A stretch of DNA of 64,000 nucleotides from Eledone cirrhosa (lineage: Eukaryota): positions 233,058,001-233,122,000 of the forward strand of contig OZ024741.1 in NCBI GenBank assembly GCA_964016885.1, in the 5' to 3' direction. A program made the translations under genes and the position numbers. Below the pieces are notes generated by a model, which was not told where the DNA came from, made no database searches, and saw only the letters and a list, made by a program, of their open reading frames with translations. This document shows, in pieces, positions 1 through 12,309 of the stretch (position 1 is its first letter; the number at the start of each line of letters is the position of its first letter).

Positions 1-990
1 CTTAGGGTGGAAGAGGTCTTATCAGCATAGAGGACTGTGTTCAGATGGAGAAAAACAACCTGCACAAATACGTGACTGTCAGTAGGGAACCAATGCTCAA
101 AATTGTACTGAAGGAAAAGACAATAGACCAGGGGATGTCCAAGGAGGAAATAACAACAAGGAGGCAGAGCAACTTTCATGAAAAATCCCTTCATAGTACC
201 TTCTTTAAGAAAACTGAATTTAACTGGTTAAAAAGAGCAAACCTTAAAAAGGCTACAAAAGGAATGCTTATGGCTGCGCAAGAGCAGGCCCTCAGAACGA
301 AGTGGGTGAAACACCATATTTACAAGGAGGAAGCTAGCCCACTGTGCAGGGTCTGTGGAGAGAGAGAGGAGACTGTGGCTCACATTGTATCCGAGTGTAA
401 ACACCTAACCCAGACTCAATATAAAGGCTGGAGACATGATGTGATGGGCAGGGTGAGCCACTGGCACCTATGCAAATTAAACAATTTACCACATTCTGAG
501 AAGTGATATGAGCATAAGCCAGAGTCGGTGATAGAAAACGATCAGGTGAAGGTGCTGTGGGATTTTAGGATACAGACGGACAAAAAATTAGAACACAATA
601 GGCCTGACCTGCTGGTTTTGGACAAGGAAAAAAGATCGTGCCTGATTGTTGATGTAGCCTGCCCATTTGACACGGGAGTGCAAGAAAAGGAGAGGGAGAA
701 AATTAATCGATACCAGGACTTAAAGTGGGAGGTAATAGGGATTTGGAACTGCCATGAAGTCAAGGTCGTCCCGATTGTCATACGTGCACTAGGTACTATC
801 TCAAAGAGTTTCCAAGGATGGGTAAAGATTAGTGCAGTCCCGCTTTTTGGAACACTTCAAAAGGCATGCTTGCTGGGAACAGCAAAAACCCTCCGATACG
901 TCCTGAATATCTGAGGCTGCAGGTAGCGGCTTGATATTCATTTCAACAAACTTTCCAGTTAAATAACATCGATAACTGAGACTCAAAGAA
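1..990 (+). mobile_element. R4/Dong-like non-LTR retrotransposon 3' fragment (CCHC knuckle + restriction-like endonuclease), pseudogenised
   Basis: ORFs 45-506 and 528-914 share a frame, split by TGA at a probable Trp (K*YEH). Motifs AAQEQAL, CRVC..ETVAHIVSEC, RPDL..D..PFD..EK..RY. Followed by (AAT)n. Confidence 0.9.
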
Positions 991-1005
991 TAAAAATAAT
1001 AATAA

Positions 1006-1036
<31 letters not shown>

Positions 1037-1037
<1 letters not shown>

Positions 1038-2001
1038 ATTTCATTTATTAGCCACAAGGGCCGACATGTAGGGGACAATACAAAGACAGGGACAGTGGGG
1101 GTTTACAATAAGGTCGAGTAAAAGTGCACAATGGCAAGACTAATTTAACAATGAAAATATAAAAATATAAAATAAACTATGCATAAATATAACAAAATAA
1201 ATTCCCCAATAGGGGGTGGACGACCCTGGGGTGACTCGGGTACCCCACCAATCCTGAACCACCCTGCGCTTCTAGGGCACCCAGGGAGAGCACCCCTCTC
1301 CTCAAGTTAGCTAGCCTACAGGCGCATGGTCAGAGTAGGCCCATTTACACGAGCCATTCTCGCCACATTCACCCACCTTTTCGCAAATGTACTGGGGGGC
1401 AGCACTTCTCTCTCCACCCTCACCTTCCTTTCCAGGTGAAACTTGAAGAAGTTAATAATGAGGGATTGGCCGAAGAGAAAAGTGTCTGTCTTCAGTCATT
1501 TTAACCTGGTCCACCATACAACCTCTTTTGCAACTGCCACCAGACAGAGGAAAATGTCCTGCTCTTCCTGACCTAAGGAAGTCGGTGGATCGATCTTCAC
1601 TATGGACTCGGCCGATAGCTGGATTCGTTCCACACGCGACAGTAGCTGTTCGACATAACTCCACAAGTCAGTAATGCACGGACATTGGACAAGTGCGTGC
1701 AGAACGGTTTCGTCGTTCTGTGCGCATCTTGGGCAGGTCCGTCAGACAGCACTTCCGTGCCTGTAGAGTTTATCCCGAACCGGCAGTGCCCCCCGGTAGA
1801 AATTGTCCATCGTCCCCGGCTCGAAAGTCCTCCAGTACAGACTGGTCAGTTCGACTTCGTCGAGGCGCAAAGCTTCTCCGAGTGCGTCATCGCACTTGCC
1901 CACCACTAATCCTCTATAGAACTCGAGAGTGGAAGTTCCACTGATCGCATTGCCCGCTTGGTAGAGGGCAGTGAGTGCCTGGCAACATTCCAGGTGCCAG
2001 T
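1037..2001 (-). mobile_element. Tx1/L1-like LINE 3' fragment
   Basis: Minus strand reads CPRCAQNDETVLHALVQC (zinc knuckle) and LVAVAKEVVWWTR. Ends in AATAAA plus (ATT)n tail. Confidence 0.75.
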
Positions 2002-2004
2002 CAC

Positions 2005-2036
<32 letters not shown>

Positions 2037-2038
<2 letters not shown>

Positions 2039-2388
2039 CTTTCTTTATTAACCACAAGGGTTTACACAAAGTAGACATTAAGGACAGTACAGGACAATAC
2101 AGGATGGTACAAATGGGCATTTCTGCGTGTAAAAAAACAAAATAACAGAGGATGTAAAAAAAAAACAATGAAATATTCCCCAATAGCAGGGAGACTTCCG
2201 AGGGCCATCGTGGAGAAAGCCCATTAAAAAAATCCACGGTGACCCTGACTACGAGGGCAAGTACCCTCTCCCTATTTTCCACCTTCAATTTACTCCATTC
2301 ACTCGGGCCATTCTTGCCTCTCTCACCCATCTTTCAACAAAATGCTGGGAAGAGAGCACTCCCTTTCTCTACCCTGATTTACCTTTTC
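2037..2388 (-). mobile_element. Second Tx1-like 3' end fragment
   Basis: 3' end CCCTTGTGGTTAATAAAG..(ATT)n resembles the element at 1037. Flanked by (AAT)n on both sides. Confidence 0.6.
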
Positions 2389-2719
2389 AAATAATAATAA
2401 TAATAATAATAATGAAATTATTGTGTACAGGGCTCAGGTGCACTACAACTTGACCTTCTCTATTCTATGTTGTATTTGTCAATGCGGTGAGGTTTAAAGG
2501 ATCCTCCATGTTCACAATTAATTGTATCATTGTAGTGTTTGTTTTAGCGGGTGGGTATTTTCTATTATGGTATATCGCAGTCTTTTCGTTCATGAAGTTC
2601 AGTTGCTTCAGGTCATTCTTCAAAACTTCGTCACATGTATATTATACAACCATTAATGGTTAAACAAATAGGTAACTATATCTAATATATTTTTACTTTC
2701 ATCTTGAAACACCTTTCAG

Positions 2720-2778
2720 ATATGATTACAGGAAACACGCCATTGAAATTGTTGTCCCATAATACAACTTTCCTTGAT
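2720..2778 (+). CDS. Receptor-type PTP D2-like domain, exon A (MITGNTPLKLLSHNTTFLD)
   Basis: tttcag/gtaagt boundaries. HNTTFLD|GY aligns with the PTP INAxFID|GY junction and is in phase with the next exon. Confidence 0.7.
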
Positions 2779-3875
2779 GTAAGTGACATTAATTATTTTC
2801 TGACTAATGTAACGAAATTTGATGAAGGTTTTATGGAATTTTACTAAGTTTAGAGCAGAGTGATACAAAGGTCCTGTCATTGCATTAGTGCTGTGCACAC
2901 ACGTGAAACACCGAAAACACATTGGCTCAATCTACTTGATTGGCATATGACACAGCATTAACCGACGAGGGATCCACAATGTTCACACTTGGATGTCAAG
3001 AAACAATATCCCAATCCCTCTCGGGGCATGGACTTAACTATGTGAAAATCTCATAGAGATATTATAATGAAGATGGAATCTTAAGGACCGTCCAACAATC
3101 GAACTGATTCTGGAAACCACCTACCAGTTTAAAACGAGAGTGTCCGAAATTCAGGTTTATTAATTAATTGTGTTGTATCAGATGTAATTACGTAAAGACG
3201 ATGATCCGAGATTTCTTATGTTGTTAACCTAAAATAATCTAGAATCTCTCCCAAAACATCGCTTTCTATTGAGGTAAATATCATTATAAAAATATATTCA
3301 TCTTCTTTCAACTTAAGTATGACTTTTCCATACTTCTTTCTAAACAGTCATACAGTTTTGGGCTCAATGCGCTTCTCCCTCAGTTTAATAATAGCACCTG
3401 CCCTTGTGTGACTTTAATTTAAGAACACACACAATAGTAAAATTAATCGACCGCACAGTTTAACAGAGCTCCTGGCTTTTATATTAATTTAGTCTTGTTA
3501 AACACACTTTTAGTGGTTGACTTAGTCCTTCTCTCCAGAAATACACAAAAGATGGTGATACATTCCGACCAGCAATGATTTAACCAGAAATGTTGTTACA
3601 AACAATTGATGTTCACCTCTATTTAATATACCCCATTAATGAAACAAGGTTATTTTCATTGTCAACAACACTTTCATATGGTGAAGGATCTTTCAAAAAT
3701 ATTTATATCTATACATCCTATGAAAAGGTTAATTTTGATCAATTAGTAATTAACAGTGATGTTTTAAACCAGTGAAAACTAGCATAAAACATATATCAAT
3801 TAGGTTTGTTATATATATTTTTTAAAAGTGACACGCGTGTGCTGTTTGATAATATTTTGTTTTGATATTTCTCAG

Positions 3876-4001
3876 GGCTACATGAAATCAAATGAATTGA
3901 TTTTAACAAAATCACCGGTGCATGATACAGTCAATGAATTTTTCAACGTCATATTCCAATGCCGATGTCAGCTTATAGTTGCTCTCCCAGATTCAAATCA
4001 G
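3876..4001 (+). CDS. PTP D2-like exon B (GYMKSNELILTKSPVHDTVNEFFNVIFQCRCQLIVALPDSNQ)
   Basis: ctcag/gtatgg, 126 nt. Resembles the PTP motifs IATQxP..TVxDFW and IVML. Confidence 0.85.
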
Positions 4002-5825
4002 GTATGGCTGAATATATTGTAAATAGTCCCAGCAACTGCGTAGAGATGTTCTGTCAAATATCTAAATTAGCCATTAGGTTGAAGCTGTTTTAATTTACTA
4101 GTATCACGAATAATCTTGGTAATGGCATACAACAAAGTGAATGTTCAGCAAGAACAAATCATACAATAGCTGTGTTGTTGCTTATAATTAGTAAATACAG
4201 ATCGATATAAATATAGTTTTCTGGGAGGTAATGATGGCAGCTTAAACAGAATGAAGTAAAATAACAAAAACAAAACAATTTACAGAGTCTAGGACATATC
4301 TTTAGCGTTATATATTTGAGTCAGTTTGTGCTTTGGTTTTTATATCATTCATACACGTCCAAATAACTCATCCTAGGTTAATCTAGCCTCATCCTGTGCC
4401 CAAGTGGCATACATACTATTGGCACCCCCAATCATATTCTTCAGCCAAAGTCATCTTCATGCCATTTCTGATGCTTCCATTGTTTTCGTGGTCCTCCTCA
4501 TTTTTCCTCTCTTAAATAGAAAACAAATATTTATATGAACTATGTTTTAAACTTATTTGTACAGGAAGTTAGCTTTAAATATCACTGTCAGAATTAAGAC
4601 AAATCCCATAAATACTAGTATATCCGCATGGTTCATTACATAAATCATTCTAAAGAGGACCTTCAGCTATTATATGTCATATAATGGAAATATTGTTTCG
4701 TTGTGATTTTGAGACATTCATCGAGATATCTCAAAAGACTTCTAAATCATGATGTTAAGAACAATTACCAATCCCTTATTAAACTATCCTTAGAGTTAAT
4801 GCATAAATATGTGTATGTATAGGCTGGACACCGCCCATGAGAAAGTAGTTAGTCAAAACATAAACCCCTTTCACAAAGACATAAATAATACGACTGGTTG
4901 TGTGGTTCAGAATTTGAACTACCCTGTACGTAGGGTAAATATATGCTATCACTGCCTCAGTTCAACCACAGACATGTGAACGAAATGTGGTATAGTGAAA
5001 CCTGTCGGAAGATGTTTTCCTGTTTGTTAGTCATCAACCGTTTTAACGCTAATCCTTAACAAATGGGTAATATTTCTGGGGTTTACTCTGACACCAGCAT
5101 TCAGGCTTTTGTTCTGCTTTGACAATACTTTTTTCTCTATCCCTATCTCATACACATCGACGAGGACAGGAAATAGTTAATGAGCGCTGTCATTCCTTCT
5201 CAAACAATGGCATTTATACCTGCAGACTAGAAAGGAAAACAAAACAAATAGACACCATCTATGGGAATTATTATAAATATGAGAAGATAACGAAAGAGAT
5301 AACAAAAAGAAAATAATGAAAACAATAGACATAAAACGCCCTATCAAATATATTACATCCTAAGCAATTATAGATTAAAAAATGTACCCCTTTACAGAAT
5401 CATTCATTTACCATATACCGTATTTTTCCTGAGTAGTCAAGGAGTGGGTGGCAGTGTACATTTCCTTTTGTCAGATATCTGTGACTGTCAAAAGTGGAAG
5501 GTAGGGAAGTATTTCCCTTTAAACTTGAGATCTGGCCAGAATGGTTATAGCACAAGTACTTTGTTAAATGAAACCAAAAAAAGGGTGACGAAATGGCAGT
5601 AACGATAAATCACCAGATTAAATGTAGTTCATTATCTTGGGATCAACGTTTCCTGTCACTCCTATTGTGTCGATAATATACACACTGTGTATAGGAGTCA
5701 ATCTATTAGATATACCACATGCCTTTAAAAATTTGATTACTTGCGTAACTGAAATAAATGCAACTTTACTGATAAAACCTACACTCATGAGAGACTTAGC
5801 TATTGATTATATTATTTCTTTAAAG

Positions 5826-5963
5826 GATGTACTTTTCTATCTTCCAAACAAACCAAACTGCGAAATTGATTATGGAAACTTCAGAATTGAACTCCTGACA
5901 ATCGTAGATTTGAGGGAGACGTATGTGCATAGAGTGTTAAGGTTATCTCACATTTGTAAAAAG
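5826..5963 (+). CDS. PTP D2-like exon C (DVLFYLPNKPNCEIDYGNFRIELL...YVHRVLRLSHICKK)
   Basis: aaag/gtaaga, 138 nt. Shows the YWP-like YLP, YGxFxVE and YxxRxLxL motifs. Confidence 0.85.
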
Positions 5964-6199
5964 GTAAGAGAACATTGTATTTTCAACAATGATAGTTGCA
6001 TCACTATCGATGAAATTATAATCGCTGCAACATTTATGACAATATTTTCAGAAAAACATATATCATCATCAGTGAACAATGGTTGACAACGTAGTTTAGT
6101 CACCAGAAGTGAGAACAACTGACTCGAATATTTCATGATTGTGTTTGTTTACCTTTTTCAATTTATTGACATTTTTGAGGGATTATTATTGTTTTGCAG

Positions 6200-6348
6200 A
6201 AACGTGAATCCCTTATAATAGATCACTTCGAGGTAACAATATGGCAAAGAGATTCCAACCCACCACCTGATGAGATAGTGTCATTTATATCTGTCTTAAA
6301 TAGTCAACAAAGAGATCAGGGATACCAGAAAATCACAGTACATGGCAG
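6200..6348 (+). CDS. PTP D2-like exon D (KRESLIIDHFEVTIWQRDSNPPP...KITVHG)
   Basis: ttgcag/gtaatt. Contains HF...W (WPD-loop position) and ITVH, ending in phase 2. Confidence 0.85.
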
Positions 6349-6886
6349 GTAATTAATTATATATCTCATTCATTTTGAAATAATTGTTTCTACTTTTAAC
6401 AAAGCTAACATCCGCGATTTTGAACTCAGATCGTAAAGGGCCGTAACTCTAGGTTGCAATGTACATCAGTAATAGAGTTTTAGCCAACGATATATAACAT
6501 ACAATCATGATACATTTAGTGCAACGTTTATTAATTTAATTTGACAATATATGGTTATCAATAAAATAAGTACAAGATACAATTTATTGTAAGCCCGAAA
6601 CATTGATTTTTTCCATAATTTAATTTAAAAGAAAGCTTCATTGAAATGTGACCGATATATTACAACAACGAAGATAAAAATATCAAAATCTGGCGTCCAT
6701 TTTCAATTATCAAATATATACATCTAATATAATAATTCTTTCAAATTCCTAATACTTTTATTCAAATTATACTTATGTTCTGAAGATGACGGTAGTTATC
6801 AGAAAAATTGATGCTCTTTGTCGTCTGACAGCCCTAAACAAATAGAAAAAGTTCCACCATTGTGTAATCAATTTTTATTTTTACAG

Positions 6887-7022
6887 TGATGGAGTGAGTA
6901 TAAGTGGTCTATTTTGTGTACTGTACAATATTGTGAATACAATGTCAAATGAATCATCCATAAATATTGTCAGGATCATTCGTTTAATGAAGAAAAGATA
7001 TTCCGACATTATAGACAATTAT
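6887..7022 (+). CDS. PTP D2-like exon E (SDGVSISGLFCVLYNIVNTM...IIRLMKKRYSDIIDNY)
   Basis: ttacag/gtaagt. The phase-2 start completes the P-loop; helix pattern typical of the PTP C-terminal part. Confidence 0.85.
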
Positions 7023-7172
7023 GTAAGTGAAACCGTTTGAATATATATTGCAATATATAGATTGATTTTACGGATATTTCTCCGTGTAGGACATTTTATT
7101 ATTTTTGTAAGTTGTTTACGTTGTATTTGAATCAATATTACAGGTACATAAACATTTTGAAGAGAGATATAA

Positions 7173-7364
<192 letters not shown>

Positions 7365-7519
7365 AGATGTAGAATGCACTATGGTTAACAAATGGCTCGT
7401 TACTAAACTTAATTGGAGATTTTGGATTTTCGTAGCTGGCAATATTTCCAAACACACTCACACACTCACACATACATGCACACATAAATTATCATCATCA
7501 TCACAATCGTCGGTATCGT

Positions 7520-7790
7520 TGTTGTTGCTATCATTTTACGTCCATATTTCTAAGCTTTCGTGGCTTACAAGCAGAGCGTGACGTCGTCTCTCTTATACTT
7601 AGTTGCCCTCTCATGCATGCCTTGAATCACATATATATCGAATCATGTTCATGCCATTCTTCTCCAACATTTCCACATTCTTTGCATTTACTGCCCAGGT
7701 TTCAATTCCAGGAAACATGGCGTATCGCACAAGTATATAAGCCTCACCTCTCCACACAACCAATCTTGTCCAGAGGAAAAGAAAAAGCCA
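7520..7790 (-). mobile_element. Degenerate RTE LINE 3' fragment
   Basis: Minus strand VRYAMFPGIETWAVNAKNVEMLEKNGMNMIRYIC resembles the RTE C-terminus. Confidence 0.6.
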
Positions 7791-7996
7791 ATGAAGCTTG
7801 GCAAAAGTGACCAATTCATTTTTATATCTGAGAAAAGTGGAGTAACGTGAAATAAAGTGTCATAAATGACAAACCGGCCAGTCCGTAATGGAACTCCCGA
7901 TCTGACGATTGTATGATTGTGTGAGCAACACTCTAGCAACTGCGGCATATTCTTTCAAACACACCCACTATGGCATCTGTGTGTGTGTGTGTGTGT

Positions 7997-8039
<43 letters not shown>

Positions 8040-8052
8040 TCTGTGTGTGTGT

Positions 8053-8122
<70 letters not shown>

Positions 8123-8125
<3 letters not shown>

Positions 8126-8505
8126 GGGCGGGTATAATTCCCGAGATCTATGGACGAGCTCTCTCCAGCGGTCTCTTTCCCTCATTATCGCTGCCATGTC
8201 CTGCGTCTCCAAGAGACCAGTGTCTGTCTATAGGGCATCATAACATATGTTAACCTCGGTCTTCCTCTTCCAGTGTGTCCATGCAGGGGCTCCCACAGGA
8301 GCACTGAGTGCAGTGTCAACTCTGGATGTCGGTGAGCATGTCCAGCTAACTTCAGTCTCCGCTGTGTCACTTTTGAGCTGACTTTTGGAATGACAGAGTT
8401 CTTTGAGATACTGGCTGGAGTGCTCCAGGAAGATACTTTGGCTCCCCACCTTTTTATCTTCGTAGTGGACTATTGTATGCGCATTGCGCTGTAGAAACAC
8501 CAGGA
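8123..8505 (-). mobile_element. RTE-group LINE 3' end with an inverted internal RT piece
   Basis: 8123-8388 (-) reads RRLKLAGHAHRHPE..WEPLHG..RGRP. 8390-8505 (+) reads FFEILAGVLQEDTLAPHLF. Same family at ~10590-10710 and 54307-54663. Confidence 0.8.
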
Positions 8506-8785
8506 TTCTGTCTTTACTATATATATATATGATTTTCATATATATATATATATATATGATTTTCATCGAAAAAATTTTTGAATACATCTCTTTTCATGAT
8601 ATTTGGATTACATTGAGTTCTTCATACGAATTGGACACCACCGTATATTTTGGTAGATTTATCTACATATATGTATATATATATATATATTTATATATGT
8701 AAAAGGTAAACAGAAATAACAAACACAATCGGTACAGTATATGGAAGGTATATATTAGGTTAACGCTTGATATAGAAGGAAGAGG

Positions 8786-8823
8786 TTCTTAACGTTTCGG
8801 ACGCTAGTCCTTCATCAGAAGAA
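8786..8823 (-). ncRNA. Minimal type I hammerhead ribozyme
   Basis: Reverse complement UUCUU-CUGAUGA-A-GGAC(UAGC)GUCC-GAAA-CG-UU^AAGAA, with palindromic stem III. Lies in a short repeat also found at ~20790-20903 and ~42430-42600. Confidence 0.85.
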
Positions 8824-8988
8824 AGAAAGAATAAAATAGATTAAGGGGACGGGCATGATGGAATTGGAAAAAATATAGGTGGGGGGGGTTGGAGGAAGCG
8901 CTTGAGAGTAGAATGGATCTGGCGGAGAAAAGATTTGAGATCGGGCATATTGAAGGTACTATATATATATATGTATATATATACATAC

Positions 8989-9105
<117 letters not shown>

Positions 9106-9263
9106 ATAATAATAAAGAGGGCTCGATAAAATCCAAAGCAGCGATTCTTTGCTTAAACTTTAATCTGTTATTTTAATAAATATATATATATATATATATA
9201 TAAAATATTAAAAAAATAATGAATAAAACAATGAAACAGTTCCTTATATTAAACAAAAAAAGT

Positions 9264-9415
9264 TCATTATTTAACGATCGTTTCTAGGATATATATGTTT
9301 TAGAATTGGCATGTATATTCAACAGATCTATGTACAAAATTATACAAAATTATACAAACTATCAAAATTAAATATACATACCAACACATATATATGCCGT
9401 CTTCAGAAATAATGA
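9264..9415 (-). ncRNA. Type I hammerhead with very long stem II
   Basis: Reverse complement UCAUUAUUU-CUGAAGA-CGGCAUAUAUAUGU...ACAUAUAUAUCCUA-GAAA-CGAUCG-UU^AAAUAAUGA, with a 9-bp stem I. Confidence 0.75.
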
Positions 9416-9472
9416 TTACATTGAGTTCTTCATACGGATTGGACACTACCGTAAACTCTTGGTAGATTTATC

Positions 9473-9525
<53 letters not shown>

Positions 9526-9639
9526 AGGTCCAATAAACTTTTGTTAGCAATACTAAGTTCTCCACGCTTTTGTATATCTCCAATTCCATTTATGGGAACA
9601 GCTAGATGATGTAAAACGGAGTATTTGTATCAAAATAAC

Positions 9640-10025
9640 GATCCGAAGGCATGGTATAAATTTCCAATCATTTTAATCACGACACATGTTTCAATAAGAG
9701 ATAGATCGATCGTGTGGCCATGATCGGTTATCACTGATCTCGTCAGGTGAAAATGAATTGTCTTCAAATCCTTGATATGGGGGAGAAAATTTAACGATGT
9801 TCACTCACTAGAGTTTTGTCCCCCATAAGAAGATTAAGCGGCGAAAAACTCTCGTAGTGAGTGATCATCGTTAAATTTCCTCCCTCATATCAGGGATTTG
9901 AAGACAATTCATTTTCACCTGACGGGATCAGTGATAATTGATCATGGCCATATGATCGATCTATCTCTTATTGAAACATGTGTCGTGATTAAAATGATTG
10001 GAAATTTATACCATGCCTTCAGATC
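9640..10025. repeat. ~180-bp-arm inverted repeat with a hammerhead-like motif in each arm
   Basis: Arms 9640-9817 and 9845-10025. UCAC-CUGACGA...GAAA-CAUGUG-UC^GUGA at 9677-9750 (-); copy with CUGACGG at 9915-9988 (+). Confidence 0.85.
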
Positions 10026-10111
<86 letters not shown>

Positions 10112-10165
10112 TACAGAATTAGCCGTCGAAACGGCTTGAGCTCAGCCGTCGGGGTCTTACTTACT

Positions 10166-10208
<43 letters not shown>

Positions 10209-10892
10209 ACAGGTGTATGTATATGCGCAGGAACTTAGAAATAATCGGGCTGGATACCCGATCGCGCGGTTAAACCACTGGGAGTGAAGGACCTCTAGAT
10301 CTTGTCAGGGATTTCTTCTAGGATAAGGCAACTCAGGAAACTGGGATAACTCCGACATAAAACCTGCGGCACAGTATTTACCTACGATGTTGATCTTTTC
10401 TTCTTTTCGGGTTATAGCTACTGTCGCTCAGACAGTGGGATTAGCTCAGTGCACAGTCTTTCCTCACTTTAAATGAAATTTTCACGCACAGGCATTGCAC
10501 GTTAGCATTAATTGATAATTACTAATAATGTTATATCGTGCAATGGCCATACTCGATAACGAGGAGGTAGCCATCATATAGATATTAACAAATGTTGATG
10601 CCCAAATGACAGACACAGGGCGCCTGGAGATGCAGGACATGGTAGCGATGATGAGGGACAGAGACCGCTGGAGAGAACTCTTCCATACGTCTCGGAAATT
10701 TTACCCGCCTAATATATATATTTTAACCCGTAACCCATCGTGTAATTCGATCCTCTATATTTTTTGTCGCTCACAACACCACCACCGCCACCACAAGGCA
10801 CATCTCCCTACTCCAACAATCATTAACATCATTCACATCGCCAACACATACTTTCCCTCCCTAAACAACGCAGGTGTGTGTGTCTGTGTGTA

Positions 10893-10930
<38 letters not shown>

Positions 10931-10972
10931 CGATATATTAACAAATGGAAGCTATATTTATAAAACCATATT

Positions 10973-11037
10973 TATTTCATTATACATATTTCAAGGACAC
11001 CAAGTTAAATTATGGTGTGCTTTCATCAGATAAAATA
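10973..11037 (-). ncRNA. Type I hammerhead ribozyme (mirror copy)
   Basis: Reverse complement of 14991-15055. Confidence 0.85.
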
Positions 11038-12129
11038 TAATATAGATCAGTTTTATAAATAAATATTGACATACCCTTAAAGAATGCGACCATTTATGTT
11101 GGAAGCTCCCGGATAGTGGGGTTATTAGATTTATTTAGTCTATTATGCAAATTAGTGTCGGATATGTTTAAATCACAGTAGATTTAAAATAAGCCGTTGG
11201 GGTATGGAAAAAAGGAAAGAAAAGAAAGAGAGAGAAAAAAGAGAAAAAAGAGCAAACTCTAAGAGGAAAACAAGAAAACAAGAAAAAGAGAAAGAGAAAG
11301 AGAAGGAGAGGAAAAAAAGAAAAGAGAGAAAGAGAAAGAGAAAGCCCTGAGTGTATTGCGTAACTTTTAAGATGAAGTGAAAAAATAAATATTTATTGGA
11401 TGAGTAAAGAAGAGTAAATAAGCGTGAATAGAAAATAAATAAATAATAATAACTGGAGAATTTTAACCAGTGTTTAAATATGATTAAATGTTTAGTTTAT
11501 CAATTAAATTATCAATTAAATTATTGAGATCTATACATTAAAATTGAGATCTATATATTATTAAAATCTATATATTATTAAAACTATATATTATTAAAAA
11601 ATCTATGTATTATTAAAAGAATATATTCATATATATACATACGCACACATATATATATACATATACATATATATATATATACACATACATATACATACAG
11701 TAAAAGACTTTTTATGTTTAAGATATAGGAATTTTTCTAAATTTATAGATTTTTCGGAGAAATCGGAGAAAAATCGGAGAAAAATCATTTCTATGTAATA
11801 GCAAAACAGCGTGAAGGAAATTAAGTTATTTACTTATATTAAATGTTATAAATGTTAAGATAATAAAGGAAATTTAAGATTACATAAACCTTATATTATA
11901 TAATAGTAAGTTATAATTTTATAAATTTTATTAATTTTATATCTAATAAATCCACCTGTTATGTAGTTGTGACTGTTATTATATAAGTTTGTTTATCATA
12001 AACCGTAAGAAATCCTTTATAACAGAGTGCATCCGAATTGTATGTATACATACATATACACAACCCCTACATAGATACACATACACACACATACACACAC
12101 ATACACATACCGGTAGACATGCATCATAC

Positions 12130-12231
<102 letters not shown>

Positions 12232-12309
12232 AAAGTACATAGTATAATTAAAGTACATAATATATAAAATAAAATTAAAATAAATTATAGTTTTAAAAGA
12301 AATTACGAT

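Noticed and set aside
504-506. Programmed readthrough of TGA in the R4/Dong ORF
   Set aside because: Simply explained as a TGG to TGA nonsense mutation in a dead copy.
3590-3775. Additional PTP exon
   Set aside because: No PTP motif, and exons A and B already join in frame.
5637-6086. 149-aa single-exon ORF
   Set aside because: Only 5826-5963 is PTP-like and bounded by splice sites; the rest is intron.
6267-6275. CTGATGAG hammerhead-like core
   Set aside because: It lies in a PTP exon (PDE codons) with no matching stems or GAAA-NUH arrangement.
6775-6820. CTGAAGA..GAAA possible hammerhead
   Set aside because: No convincing stem I, stem III or cleavage triplet.
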